DNA from: the human T2T-CHM13v2.0 reference genome, Homo sapiens
Assembly (NCBI RefSeq): GCF_009914755.1
Contig: NC_060927.1
Length of the DNA stretch: 64,000 nucleotides
Reading direction: 5' to 3' (one strand)
Of this stretch, positions 32,906 through 47,103 are shown one piece after another. The position numbers and the translations under genes are program-made. A model generated the notes under the pieces. It did no database searches and was not told where the DNA came from. It was given only the letters and a program-made list of their open reading frames with translations. Numbering within the stretch: the stretch's first letter is position 1; each line of letters opens with the position of its first letter.

Positions 32906-33352
32906 TGTTGTGGCAAATCTCTATCAGCTCCACTGGGAAAGGCACCAGTTTCAAGAGGCCAAAGAGGCCCAGAGCCAGCAAATGAGGCATGGACTTTTAC
33001 TGGGAGCTTACATACAGGGCAGAGAGTCCGGTGACGGTGAGCTGGGCAGAAGAACCCAACTGCTTGCAAAAGGCATGCAGTTTATATAGCGTTTTCACTT
33101 AGCATTCCTTCCCTAACAATCTCCATCTGGCAACCTTCATTCAAGCCAAAGCTCAGGGCCTTGATCCCCTGTAGGGCCCATGTTCCATGGGATGGGCTGC
33201 AGGCCCAGATGCTCCTCATGGACAAGGAACAAATCTCCAGGTTGGCCACTCCAGGATTGCCTAGCTGGGAACATACACTCCGGTGCACCTGCCCTACAGG
33301 GTCATTATCACGATATGCTTAAGTTACTGCTACCATGTGTGTTTACCATACA
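32906..33352 (-). mobile_element. Solo ERVL LTR, LTR47-like (copy 1)
   Basis: Reverse complement begins 'tgtatggtaaacacac..gcagtaacttaagcata'; flanks gtgcc and gcacc fit a GCGCC TSD decayed at the CpG on opposite strands. Confidence 0.75.
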
Positions 33353-33579
33353 GCACCCTATGGCATGACTCTTCACCTTGAAAAAGAAGACTCAAGCAGG
33401 GAGCTGAAATTACTGTATTACCCTTGATAGAGGAAAAGCTCTTCTGTCTCTGGGAATTGAGCTTCTAGATTCAGGAGTAATGTCCATGGAGCTATGAAGC
33501 AGCAAAATGCCCATCACCGGCACCCTCAACTTTTCTTCCATCTCGGCTGCTCCTCTCCCCCAGACAGCCAAATAAGGCC

Positions 33580-33810
33580 ATATCAATGACTGCCATTGGT
33601 GTGCCGGGCACAAGCTAGGCACTTCATATGCATTAACTCATTTAATTCTCTCTAACAACTACATAAGGCAGGTATGGGTGAGATGCTTATTCTACAGATG
33701 AGAAAACTGAGGCTTAGTGAATTTATGTAATTAACTCAACATACATGGCCAGTAAGATGCAGAGCTCGGATTCTGAACCTGGCACTCTGACTCCAGATCT
33801 GAACCCTACT
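33580..33810 (-). mobile_element. MIR
   Basis: 'tacagatgagaaaactgaggctt'. Confidence 0.8.
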
Positions 33811-34153
33811 CCATAACACAGAAATCCCTGGAGTTGGCAATTCCTTGGTTAAAATGACCCTCATCTTCACTTAATATAACACAGGCATTACCTTGGATTC
33901 AGCGTCCCCCCTGTAACCCCAACAGGGTGGCGTGAACTCTGGAGCACTGGGCAGGGAACTTCAGCCCCTCGGGAGGGAGGGGAGCTGGTCAAGGGAAGGA
34001 AGGCACATGTTTCCACAAAGGCTTTCCTGGCTATCTGAGTCCCCATAGAGGGGATGGCCCAAACCCTCCTGGATAAAGCCAGATCCCAGAGGGGATTTGT
34101 TTTCCTAGTGACACTGCAGGAAGAAAGTGTTTCAGATTTAAGATCTCAGTCCT

Positions 34154-34303
34154 GGCCTGGTGTGGTGGCTCAAACCTGTAATCCTAGCACTTTGGGAGGC
34201 CAAGGCAGGTGGATTACCTGAGCTTCGAGTTCAAGACCAGCCTAGGCATCATGGTGAAATCCCGTCTCTAATTTTTTTTTTAATTTAAAAAAAAGGGTGG
34301 GGA
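34154..34303 (+). mobile_element. Alu left monomer (FLAM-like)
   Basis: Left arm only; TSD aag(a/g)tctcagtcct at 34140-34153 and 34304-34317. Confidence 0.8.
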
Positions 34304-34404
34304 AAGGTCTCAGTCCTTAGGAGCATGTCTGTTTCTCACTCTTTGTAGAAGCTACAGGCTTTTTGTCATAAAGATCTGTGTTAGCGGCATCATCAAGTGA
34401 CTCT

Positions 34405-34940
34405 TGTGAAGTCCAGCTCCAGGCCAAAATCCTATGGGTGATTTTTCAGGCCTGTCTATGAGCAATGACAAGGCTTAGCCTGGCAGGCCTCATGGGGAGG
34501 CTGCCCCCTGGCTGCCCGCGCTGTTATGCATCACTGATTCCTAGCCCAGGTGCCTCCATTTGGACAGCTCCTTATCAAGGAACTTCCAAACCACTTTTCT
34601 CTACTGTGACTCAGCACTTCTCCATTCTGAGCCCTTACCTGCCATGCCCCTTATCCCACACCACTCCCAACTCATCCATAAAACTGCCAGAGCTTTTTAT
34701 GAATGAGTGGGGGTGAGATGATCCTCCATTCCTTTACATCCATGCTGATCTACCTGAGCCTCCACTGATATACTGTTCCACGGGGAAGATGGAACACAGG
34801 GGAGTCGGCACTTTCTCCGGTCTTAGCTCTTGCTTATACAATCGCAGTAAGTGACTAAGGGCTTGACTGTGACTCTCATTTTTGGCTTGTTTCTTTCATT
34901 GGCTACTCTAACTCCTGGCAGCTCAACGGAGCCCCTGACA
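34405..34940 (+). mobile_element. Solo ERVL LTR, MER76-like
   Basis: TG..CA ends; 5-bp TSD actct/actcc; 3' part 'ggggagtcggcactttctccgg..cagtaagtga..ggcttgactgt..cctggcagctc'. Confidence 0.65.
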
Positions 34941-35378
34941 ACTCCAGTCTGTAAAGAGGACAGACTGCCCCAAACACATTGGCCTGTGCCATCCCTTTCC
35001 TCTGGTCAGTCTTCTTACCCACAGCTAGTGCTCTTTCCTCTCCTCTCTGCTACATAAGAAAGCTCTACATGAACCTCTTTCTTTATCATCTCTGTGACTC
35101 TCAGGACAGTAAGTGTGGCTCTCTCAGTGTCCAGATATTGCTACTGCTCAGCTTTCACACCTGCAATTCATAAGAATAACTCTCAGTGGGTGGTGACCAA
35201 CGTCCCTGCATCTTACCTGGGAGGAATCACATAGGCAGTGTCCTCCTACTGGGCGAGTGTGTCACCTGCAAATAGCAAGGGCCACTTACGATGAGTCACA
35301 GCGTTAAGGGATGACTAGCTGGGAGGTGCCTGACCTTTCCTGAGTTAGGGTGCCTTAGATTAGAACTTTGGGGACAGT

Positions 35379-35693
35379 GGCCAGGCACACAGAAGCTCAT
35401 ACCTGTAACCCCAGCACTTTGGGAGGCCAAGGTGGGAGGCTCATTTGAGCCCATGAGTTTTAGACCAGCCTGGACACTATACTGAGACCCTGTCTCTACA
35501 AAAAATAAAAATAAAAAATTAGCCAGGCATGGTGGCACATGTTATAGTCCCAGCTACTTGGAAGGCTGAGGCAGGAGGCCCACTTGAGCCCAGGAAGTCA
35601 AGATTCCAGTGAGCTGTGACTGGCCCCTGCACTCCAGCCTGGACAACAGAGTGAGACCTCCATCTCTAAAAAAATAAATAAATAAAAAATAAA
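35379..35693 (+). mobile_element. AluJ-like
   Basis: Full dimer; TSD agaactttgg. Confidence 0.92.
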
Positions 35694-36999
35694 GAACTTT
35701 GGAGAGAGAGAAGCTCTGTGGGTTTGGCATTATGCAATTCAATTCAACCTTACGCAAGACCACTACAGCAGAAACAGTTGTAAACGACTCAGACTCAGAC
35801 TCATTGTAGAGAAAATGTCCACTTCCCTGACAAGACCATGAATTCCTCAAGGACAGGAACCCTGACTGTGTTTCACTTTTGTGTTCCCAGTGTTGGGTAT
35901 AACTCAATAAATGTATGCTGACTATATGAAGCAAACTATAAAGATATGTTACAGGCACATTGAAGAAGTGGGTCTTCTGGAATGTTGGCGCATAGCAACT
36001 TAATTTTGCCTGCCACTGTTCCTTTAAAATTTCACTGGTACTCCTTCTCCCCATGCCCTGCATAAAAGGTCAGGTGGGTCTCACAACTTCTTTGTTCACT
36101 TCTTAAGTCACAAATCCCCTCTCACATCAATACTGTTCTTAATATATCTGGTCAGGATCAAATTAAACACTCCAACTGTGACTTAAAGTTGAAACTGTCC
36201 CTCTTGGGTCTGTGCCCACCCAGACTCACTGCTGACAGGAAACCTCAATTTGGGGAAAGCCTGTGCTGGTCTCTCTGGCCCCTGCCTTGCTGATTTCTGG
36301 CCCTGCCCTTTTGCTGCAGTAGCTTCTGATCTCTCCAGGGTCAGAGGGTCACAGAAAAGTTCTGAATTGACTTGTTCTGTCATCTTCTGGCTCCAAGCTT
36401 TCTAGGTCTGGTAGGTGTTTAAAGTGCAGGCTTCCTCCTGTAGGTATTTTGTGGATTCTTTGGAGAGCTCTGCCCACCCCCATCCTACTCCCCAAAACAA
36501 GAACATAGGTTATCCAGCTGGCAGCTACCATGCTGCAGGTGAATTCATCTCTATTCTGCTGGCACCTGACTTCGGATACTAGCCTCTAGGAATCCAGCCA
36601 GACCTTCACATCCTCTCAGCTCTGTTTGCCCCCAGCTCTCTCTCATGCTGTGACCTACATTTGGAGAACACAAAACATGTGTTCACAAAGTCTGTGAGTG
36701 CCATCTGGTCCTATCCGGGCCCCACTCCTTTGCCCACAACCAAAGCTGTTGGCCAGCCCACCCTTCAACATTTAGTTTCACTTCTCAGACCAAAGTTAAC
36801 CCCAGACTGCCATGACCAGCTGTAGGAGACCCCTCTGCCCCCATCTCGCTCCCCCAAGGTTTTCTTGAAGCCCCTTTCATTGGGTTTGAGATGGGAGGAG
36901 TCCTTGCTCTTTGTTGGGGATCAGACTCTTAATGCACCAACAACGCTTTCCAAAAATCCCCTTCACCAACTCTCTGTCCCTACTCTCATCAATGTTTTA

Positions 37000-37900
37000 T
37001 GTGCCCTTGACATAGGTGAAGAGTTCGGGAGTCTGTAAGCACTTTTTTGCTAAGTCTTCTGGAAGCTTGCGTGTTGGAATGTGGTACCTGTTATATCTCT
37101 GGTGGCTCAGCAGTTATACATATATCTAAAGGGACTGAAGCATAAATGCTATCAACCTTAACATAAAACTAATTTGCCTGCTCAGTGAGGTGAGGACTGC
37201 GTGAAGAGTTGTCATGACAGAATGCCTCCAGATGACTCACATGTGTGTCCTGACAGCTTCGAGGGTAAAAAGGGGGCCCCACAAACATGAGATCAAGCTT
37301 TTTGTAGATGAAGCATCTACATAGAAGAAGAAGGGTTTCCTCCTAGAGGAGTCTCTAATGGCCAAGGCTCAGTGAGAACAACTGGAATGAAGTGACAGGC
37401 CCTACCCTGCAGCCTTGTGTAGCCATGGTCACAGAGAACTTGGGGCCTGCTAAAATAGCCTTTCCCAACAGCCCTGAGGTTTATATTGCCCTTAGTGAAT
37501 GGAAGTTACAAGTCCAAGATAAGGTCTTCTGGGAAGGTCAGGGGGTTAGAGGGAGCTTGTGGATAGCAGGGGCTGGCTTTAGGAACATCAGGGGCCAGCT
37601 ATCCCTCTGCCTGTGGCAAAAAAAAAAAAAAAACATAAATGGCTCTTATGGAATTCTGCTGGACTCACAGTATAGGTGGCATGCTAGGATGGGTGACCAA
37701 CAGACTTGGTTGACATTTGTAGGCAAGACACAAACATTTGGGTTGTGACAGTGGTTTGGGACAATGGGACAATGCCAGGTCATAATGCCTGGTGGAGCTT
37801 TATTTAGACGATCGCCCCATTACAAGATGGAAAACACAATGGGATTTAGGACCAGAAGTAATATCCCCCCAGACCATTGGGCAGTGGAAGTCATTGCTGC
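37000..37900 (+). mobile_element. Possible very old LTR-retroelement pol relic (RNase H/integrase)
   Basis: Weak motifs in the expected order: LFVDEAS (~37297), SEWKLQVQDKVFW (~37494), WHARMG (~37677), GQCQ (~37768). Confidence 0.3.
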
Positions 37901-38915
37901 TTAGAATTTCTTGCTCTCCAGCACTACATATAATAGGTCAGGATTCTGAAAACAAAAACCCACGGGAAGATTTAGGGCCAGGCTTTTACCAGAGTCCCTG
38001 CCCCTCCTCCAGGCTTAGGAAGTGGGTGAGACCATTGAGAAGGAAACCAGAAGGCTCTCTTTATTTCTGGGGCCTAAGACATAAAAAGCCTGCTCTTGGA
38101 TTCTTCCTACCTGAGCCACAAATCAAAGACACCACCCCGGAGTTCCCCAATCAAAAACCTCCCATAATCCTTTGATAAACTCTTTGACTTTAAAAGTTCA
38201 CCAAAAAAGCCTCACTAGCTTTCATAGTATCTTTACTTTTTCAGGTAAAATCCCACCCAGCTATCAAACCCTCTCCTCCCCCTCTTCTGGGGAGAAACCA
38301 GGAAGGAAGGATCCAGCTGCTAGCACTTCTGAGCCCAAAGGCAACCAGCCTTTCTTTTCCCCATCTTAACAGATAGTATGGGTCCCAAGACCTTATTTGT
38401 GAAGATTAAGAAAAAGGGGAGCAAGAAGAGCAAAAATTTCAAAAGAACTAGAATAAGAAGTCCAAGAACTGATGGAGGTGAAGGTTCAGGCTGGGGAAAC
38501 GCTGAAGACCCAGGAGTTCAAGATAGATTAGGCATGGAACAAATGGCATGGATGTCAGGAGGTTTCAGAGGAGCGTTTAGGATTTGCAGCTCAAGTTGCC
38601 AACCAAGGCTCCGGTTAAAAGACCCAGCTTCCCCACAGGTTAGGGCTAAGACAATGGGTGAAAGAGTTTAGACTAATGCATTATCCTGCCAAGCTAAATT
38701 CTGTGACTCTGCTGAGTTGCTGTATATGATATCCAGAGATTCTTTACCCCAAGTATACTGACTTGTATGACTCACCCAGAAGCAAGAACAGGACTGTGGA
38801 ATGACATGAGGTCCCAGCAAGCAGTGTAGAGTTGACACTCGTCTGTTTGAATGGAGGGTAACTGGGAGGCTTTTACATGGGAGAAGGCCTTAGATTATTG
38901 TATGTCCAACTGAGA

Positions 38916-39221
38916 CTTCTCAGCAAACTAACACAGGAACAGAAAACCAAACACTGCATATTCTTACTCATAAATGGGAGTTGAACAATGACAGCACATG
39001 GACACAGGGAGGGGAACATCACACAGTGGGGCCTGTCGGGGGGTGGGGGACAAGGGAAGGGAGAGCATTAGGACAAATACCTAATGCATGTGGGGCTTAA
39101 ACCTAGATGATGGGTTGATAGGTACAGCAAACCACCGTGGCACATGTATACCTATGTAACAAACCTGCACATTCTGCACATGTATCCCGGAACTTAAAGT
39201 AAAATTAAAAAAAAAAAAAAA
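38916..39221 (+). mobile_element. L1PA 3' end (L1PA8-like)
   Basis: 'gagagcattaggacaaatacctaatgcatgtggggctta' plus poly(A). Confidence 0.88.
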
Positions 39222-39333
39222 GACATTCATTTAGCTATTAGCTATCATGGGAGAATGAAGGAGCCATATTTTTTTTTTCTTTTGCCGTAACATAAACCCT
39301 ACATAAAAACAGATGATTAAATGACATGGGAGA

Positions 39334-39683
<350 letters not shown>

Positions 39684-40002
39684 TTAAAATTCAAGTTTAC
39701 CAATGTTTAAACTAGAATTTATTTGTTCAAGTATATTCCCAATTAAAATTACAAATTTTCTCCTACATTATGATGTATTTTTAAAATTTCCCCCTCATTT
39801 TGCCAAAAGCTTCCAGCCATTTGAAATGTAATGATTACTCCTTAGATTGTTTATTTTCTTAGCATGTTCTTCACAAACCTAACCTACTTGTTAGGAGGGA
39901 AAAGGAAGCTCTGAATTACCTTTCTTGTTGGGGATCTGTAATTCACAATAATCTGACAACTAATTTATTTCATGATGTAAATATTCTTAAATTTAACTTA
40001 TC

Positions 40003-40043
40003 GTGTGTGTGTGTGCGTGCATGTGTGTGTATGTGTGTGTGTG
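40003..40043. repeat. Imperfect (GT)n microsatellite
   Basis: Direct reading. Confidence 0.9.
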
Positions 40044-40900
40044 TTCATCACGAGACTTGGCATCCCTTGGGGTTTGAATTGCAAATTTAGAGCACTTTTA
40101 GCAGTGTGTTAAGAATTCTCAGCAAGCCAATTCTTGTAGGATATTGAGCTCCTTTCATTCAAATGAAAAATGAATCCAATGCCCTTTAATGGAATTTATA
40201 TTCAATAAGTCAACAAATGGAAGAAAGAATCTACCAGTGAACACATTCAGGTAACAGAATTAAGCTAATTTACCTCAACTTGATACTATTTTTTCCTCCT
40301 AGAACACAGTGTACATTATAGAAAATTCTAAAATTTCCTTTAATCTTCACAGTTCTTTCCAATTTTGTCTGTGCCTGAAAACACAGATACCCCCGAATTA
40401 TTGTGTTACCAAATGTTATTTTACTTTCTTAAATTAGAAGAGACCTTAATGGAAGAAACTCGCTATTTACCATTAACCCCTAGCCACCAGAGTATACCTT
40501 TCTGCATCTGTGCAGAGCTCGGTCATCAAGGCCAATTTGTTGGTCAAGGTGACTCACGACAGTCTCTATGGACTAAAATAGTTACTTTTTCCAATAAATG
40601 ATGTTTCAGGGTTTAAATGAACTTCTATAAAACATACAAGGTCAAATAATAAAATTTAAATAAACCACTACACAAAAAAAATTTGTTTAAACAAGCCATT
40701 TACCCTTCCTCTGTACAGTGGAGCCATATGCAATGACATGGACTTATGTGGATGTTCCACCCCCACAGAGGCACTCTTGCTGAAGTTCCAAATTGTAGAG
40801 CTTTAAAATGGATTCAGTTTTTGAAAATTACATTAAATACTGAGTAAAGACATCGCCTACCAAATATGTTCACAACTAAATATATTTAAAAATGCATTTT

Positions 40901-41201
40901 GGCAGGGCATGTTGGCTCACGCCTGTAATCCCAACACTTTGGGAGGCCAAGGCAGGCGATCACCTGAGGTCAGGAGTGTAAGATCAACCTGGCCAGCATG
41001 GTGAAACCCAGCCTCTCCTAAAAATACAAAAATTTAACAGGTGTGGTGTGGTGGTGTGCACCTGTAGTCCCAGCTACTCAGGAGGCTGAGGCACGAGAAT
41101 CACTTGAACCCAGGTGTAGGTAGCAGTGAGCCAAGATTGCACCACTGCACTCCAGCCTGGGTGACAGAATGACAGACTTCGTCTCAAAGAAAAATAAAAA
41201 T
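40901..41201 (+). mobile_element. AluS
   Basis: TSD aaaaatgc(a/c)tttt at 40888-40900 and 41202-41214. Confidence 0.93.
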
Positions 41202-41597
41202 AAAAATGCCTTTTTGTTCAAATGATCATTCTTCCCAGGTTTCCCTTGACAAATGTCATAGCCTTGATAATCTGGCTTTACTACAAAGCAACATCAATAA
41301 CAGCAACCAAAATTATAGAAGTGCTTAAGCCTCAGGCAAGCAAGAGTCAGGCCTGAGTTTTCTTCAAGTCTTCCCTCTAGGATAATGCATCAACCAATTA
41401 GCATTTTTTGTTAGGTTTAGGGGTTTGAAGGAAGTGGGTGTATCGCCCACTCAGCCACATAAAGTGCCATTTTCATTGGTGATGTAGGGTGGTGCAGGGT
41501 TCTGCCATTGGCCTTGATGAGATAAACACCAGCTTTTGTGAGGTTTTGGTGAGATAAGTCACTTCATCTGTTCTAGATTTGACTGAAGGCTGACTCA

Positions 41598-42300
41598 TGT
41601 GTCTCAGTCCATAGACTGATTGACTTATAAACAACAGAAATTTATTTCTCACAGTTCTGGAGGCTGGGCAGTACAAGCTCAGGGCACCTTCACATTTGGT
41701 ATCTGCTGAGGGACTGCTTTCGGATCCACACATGGTGCAATGGTTAATAATGAGTGTCAAATTGATTGGATTGAAGGATACAAAGTATTGATCCTGGGTG
41801 TGTCTGTGAGGGTGTTGCCAAAGGAGATTAACATTTGAGTCAGTGGACTGGGAAAGGCAGACCCACCCTTAATCTGGGAAGGCACAATCTAATCAGCTGC
41901 CAGCACAGCTAGAATATAAGCAGGCAGAAAAGTGTGAAAAGAGAGACCGGCCTAGCTTCCCAGCCTACATCTTTCTCCTGTGCTGGATGCTTCCTGCCCT
42001 CGAACATTGGACTCCAAGTTCTTCAGTTTTGAGACTCGGACTGGCTCTCCTTGCTCCTCGGCCTGCAGAGAGCCTACTGTGGGACTTTGTGATCATGTAA
42101 GTTAATACTTAATAAACTCCCCTTTATAAATATACAGTTATTTCCCTCTAGAGAACCCTGACTAATACACATGGCATCGTCTTTCTGTGTCCTTACATGA
42201 TCAAAGGGGCAAGGCAGCTTTCTGGGGCCTCTTTAATAAGGGTACTAATCCCATTCATGAGGAATCTGCTCTCATGACCTAACCACCTCCCAAAGACTCC
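41598..42300 (-). mobile_element. MLT1A-like MaLR LTR, split by MLT2A2
   Basis: 'ataaacaacagaaatttatttctcacagttctggaggctggg' and 'ctaatcccattcatgagga..ctcatgacctaaccacctcccaaag'. Confidence 0.8.
41736..42169 (+). mobile_element. Solo MLT2A (MLT2A2-like) HERV-L LTR
   Basis: 'tggttaata.tgagtgtcaa.ttgattggattgaaggatacaaagtattgatcctggg...ctagagaaccctgactaataca'; exact TSD catgg at 41731-41735 and 42170-42174. Confidence 0.9.
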
Positions 42301-43869
42301 CATGCTGACGTACAAAGCCATGGCTCATTTATTAACTTCCAGAGAGAAAGGAACTGTTGGGTAATTCAGATAATATGCCAGCTTGAACAGCCCCTTCTTC
42401 CCCAAAGGCAAGCAGGGGAAGCCAGTTTAACTGGTGATTATCTGGTTAGCATGATTTCAGGGCGACAGATGAGAGTTATATGAATTGGGGGCTTGGTCCC
42501 AGAAGATTTTGGTAGCCACTGGACCATTTCTACAATAGTCATTCCTACCCTGCACGCTGGCTGGGCACCCCCTTCCCTAAATGACATTTGAATGGCACCA
42601 GCAACATTTGCTTCAGGGACTGTCCCTTTTCTAATTTCCCTGGCTGACCAACCCCCTCTTCATGATGGTTTCCTTCTTTAGATACTTTAGTACATTCAAT
42701 CAAGTTACCAGCAGTTGGGCTACCTGGGAGCCACTCTATCTCTTTAAGATGACTTTGCATATCTCTGCTCTGAGCCCTTTCAGGTTCAGAGGATCATTTA
42801 TTTTCTTTTTTTCTGAAAGTGGCAGGGGAGCAGCACTTAGCTCATGGTTGCCTTCACTTAAAACCTATACGTAACAACAAGGGAAAGTAGAGAAAAACCC
42901 CTGGGGATTGTGTATTCTCAGGAAGGTGGGTTATTCCAGGTGGGAGAGCCTTCAAAGTTAGATAGACATTAACCTTGTAGAGATGAGATAGAAGTCATGC
43001 CAGATGGTAGGTGGTAGTAGGGGATGCTAGGTGGGGGTCTTGGGGTGGCAATGGAGATACTATTTGGGCAAAGGTAAGGACAGATGCATACCTACTTTCT
43101 CTGATAGTTTGTAGGGCTGGGACCCTATCTTTTTTCTCAAAGATATCTCCAGCACCTAGAAGTGTCTGACACACAGTAGTTACTCAATAAACATGAGAGA
43201 AGAACAGAGATTAAAGAAAACAATTTATTTAGAGTAAAGGATTAATCCTAGAATTTTATGTTGGGAAATCCTGAATCAATGGAAAGAATAATAGAAGATC
43301 TGAGTTGTATGATCCTGTGTGTGACTTGGAGCCCAGCTAACCTCTTTGAGCTCAGTTTCCTCACGTGTAAAACAAGGAGGATAATCCTTATTGTATTCAC
43401 TTCACAGGATTACAGTGAAAGGCAAGAATAATAGTGAGTGGGAAAGCTGCCCTGTGAAAGAACTGTACTCAAAAAAGGTAGTTGCAGTAAGGATAAATAA
43501 CCAAGCTCCTCTGCCGGTCCACGGAAAAGCCACTATGGAGGAGAATGTGGGTCTGTCTCATCTGTTATGCAAGATCATGGGGGAAGCCTATCAATGGGAC
43601 TGCCAGGGGCTGGAGAAGGAAGAGGGATGGTCATCAAAGGTTGGCAGACTCACCAAAATTAGGACAGCAAGCAGAGCTGAAAGGCAAATGAAAAGCTCAG
43701 TACAATAAAACGAAAAGGACATTTCAAACAGGGCAATGAAAGGAAGGCATTAAAAACAAGCCCGGAATATTAGAGCCATAAAGAGGAGACCAAAAACAGT
43801 GTCCTAAATATATGCACATGCCCAGAAAAGAATGACTGCCCATGAATACTTAAAAACAAACAAAGAGGC

Positions 43870-44290
43870 TTACGGAGATATAATTCACATACAATGCAAC
43901 CATTTGAAGTGTACAATTCAATTCAATGGCTTTTATTATAGTCGCAGTTAGGCATCCATCAGCACGACCCATTTTAGAATATTTCATTAGCCCAAGAAGA
44001 TAACCCACACCCCATGGCTACCATTCCTCAATCTCTCCACCCCACTGTCAACCCTAGGCAACCATTAGCCTACTTTCTATGTCTATAGATTTGCCAATCT
44101 TAGCTATTTCATATAATTGAATCATATGCTATGTGGCCTTTTTTATTTTTCTTCTTTCACTTAACATAATGTTTTCAAGGTTCATCCAATGTTGCAGCAC
44201 ATATCAGTACTTCATTTCTTTTTATTAGTGAATAATATTCCATTTCATGGACATACCACATTTTGTTTACCCACTCATCAGTTGGTGAAC
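43870..44290 (-). mobile_element. L1MB-like 3' fragment
   Basis: 'gatataattcacatac..gtgtacaattcaa..aaccctaggcaaccattag..gttttcaaggttcatcca'. Confidence 0.75.
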
Positions 44291-44333
44291 AGAATTTTAC
44301 ACCCAGCTGAATTATCATTAAGAGTGAGGACAC

Positions 44334-44421
44334 ACATGTGTAACAAACCTGCATGTTGTACACATGTACCCTAAAACTTAAAGTATAATAATAATAAAAT
44401 AAAAAAAAACTAGGAAAAAAA
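44334..44421 (+). mobile_element. Extremely 5'-truncated L1PA (L1PA4-like) insertion, 88 bp
   Basis: L1 terminal ~55 nt plus A tail; exact 14-bp TSD aagagtgaggacac at 44320-44333 and 44422-44435. Confidence 0.9.
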
Positions 44422-45337
44422 AAGAGTGAGGACACGATGAATTCTTTTATTTACCGCATGCTGGTATTTTCAGTCCTGTTAAGATATGCCTAAGGCTTAT
44501 GCTGAAGAGAAAGACTGAAATTGTAATAAATTGTAATTGCTTGTTAGCCACGTTTCATTCATTTCACATTTGAGTATGAAAAAACAGCCCATGTTATTCA
44601 CTTTAAAAGAGCAATGCCTCTTCTTCCTCAAAGGGGCAATGTGCCACAGAGCAAATACTCACTTGGGAAGTGCAATGAACTACTTAAGAGTGGAGTGCTG
44701 TTTTCATTGATGGCCATGAAAAAATTGAATGTCTACCTAACTCTACTTAAAAGAAAACTATGGGCCACTAGAAAGTCCATGCAGTGAGAGACCCTTCCTT
44801 TCATTTACACACCATTAACAGAGCTGTGATATGAGCTATTTTTCCTGTTGTAAGAGTTGCAATGAGTCCTCATCTGATGCCCTTGACTCTGAGTGTGACC
44901 TGAGCCACCAAAGCCAGGGCTTCTCTGGGACAGAAGTTCTGGAGCTTCCATTGCATAAAACTCACAGATTCATCCTGGCATTTAACCTCTCACTATTTCC
45001 TCACTAGCAGCATGCTAGACCCAGACTGCAGGCAATAACTGTGGTTATGCCAGAGGGTTCTAGAGGAGGGAGCCCCAATCAATGGTGGGTGCCCTGGTCA
45101 ATGAGATGAGGGAGGTTGTATGTGGCCTGCTCAAGAAGAGGACCACAGTCAGTGGAACTGCTTCAGCCTTCCCCAGATGTGAAAGTGACCTAGAAGCAAA
45201 TGAGTAAACCTATCAAGGCATTTTTCTTGCAGATGATGCTCACCTTTGGCTGCAAATTAGTCACACATGTTCATTTCTGGCCTTCAGCCTGGGATCCTCC
45301 CTTAGTTCTGTAAGATTTTCTCTTTCAGGGGGGTTCA

Positions 45338-45820
<483 letters not shown>

Positions 45821-46042
45821 TCACAGCATCTGCCCTGTTTTCTCATTTTGGAAGACCCTGTTTTACAGATTTGGATTTCCTGGACTTGTGCATCATGGCT
45901 TCTCTCTTCTCTGTGTCATTTTTGCCTCTATTCAACTCTGGGAAAATGTCTGATTTGTCTTCTTGCCCTAATTTAGCATCAGCTGTGTCTCCACTGACTA
46001 TCTCCACTGCATTTCCAGCCATGATATTGTGTCTTTCACATG

Positions 46043-46402
46043 TACCTTAGTTAGTTCAGGCTGCTATAACAGGATACCATAGACTGAATAGCACTTAAGT
46101 AATAGGAATTTATTGCTCACAGTTCTGGAGTACAGCAGAGATCAGGGTGCCAGCAGGGTCAGGTTCTGATGAGGGTCCTCTTCTGGGTTGCAGACTGCCA
46201 TCTTCTCATTATGTCCTCACATTGCAGAAAGAGGGTGAGAGAGCTCTCTGAGGTCCTTCATATACAGACACTAATCCCATTCATGCAAGCTCCAATCTCA
46301 TGACCTGGTCACCTCCCAAAGGCCCCACTTCCTACTTCTGTCACATTGAGGGGATTAGGATTTCAACATAAGGATTTTGGGAGACACATTCAATCCATTG
46401 CA
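46043..46402 (-). mobile_element. MLT1A-like MaLR LTR
   Basis: 'ttcaggctgctataac..ataccatagactg..ggattaggatttcaacata'; TSD acatg/acagg. Confidence 0.85.
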
Positions 46403-46617
46403 ACAGGTAAACAATTTTCCTGCCCCAATCATTCCCCGTGTCCTGTCTGCCTGCTCCTGTGTCTTGGGTGCAATGTGCCCCTGACTTCCTAGAGGATACG
46501 AATTAGAGCTGGCTTAAGGCTTCCTAATGGTCTTGAAGTAATACTTTCAGAGGGGAACATTGTTGTTCTGATTTTTCAGGTTAGGCCCCTCTTGTGTCTT
46601 AAAAAATATCTATTAAT

Positions 46618-47103
<486 letters not shown>

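Noticed and set aside
37300-37340. Minus-strand 'PFFFYVDASS' as a Gypsy RNase H start
   Set aside because: The site is a short palindrome (tgtagatg..catctaca), so both strands read VD; the other motifs favour + and spacing on - does not fit.
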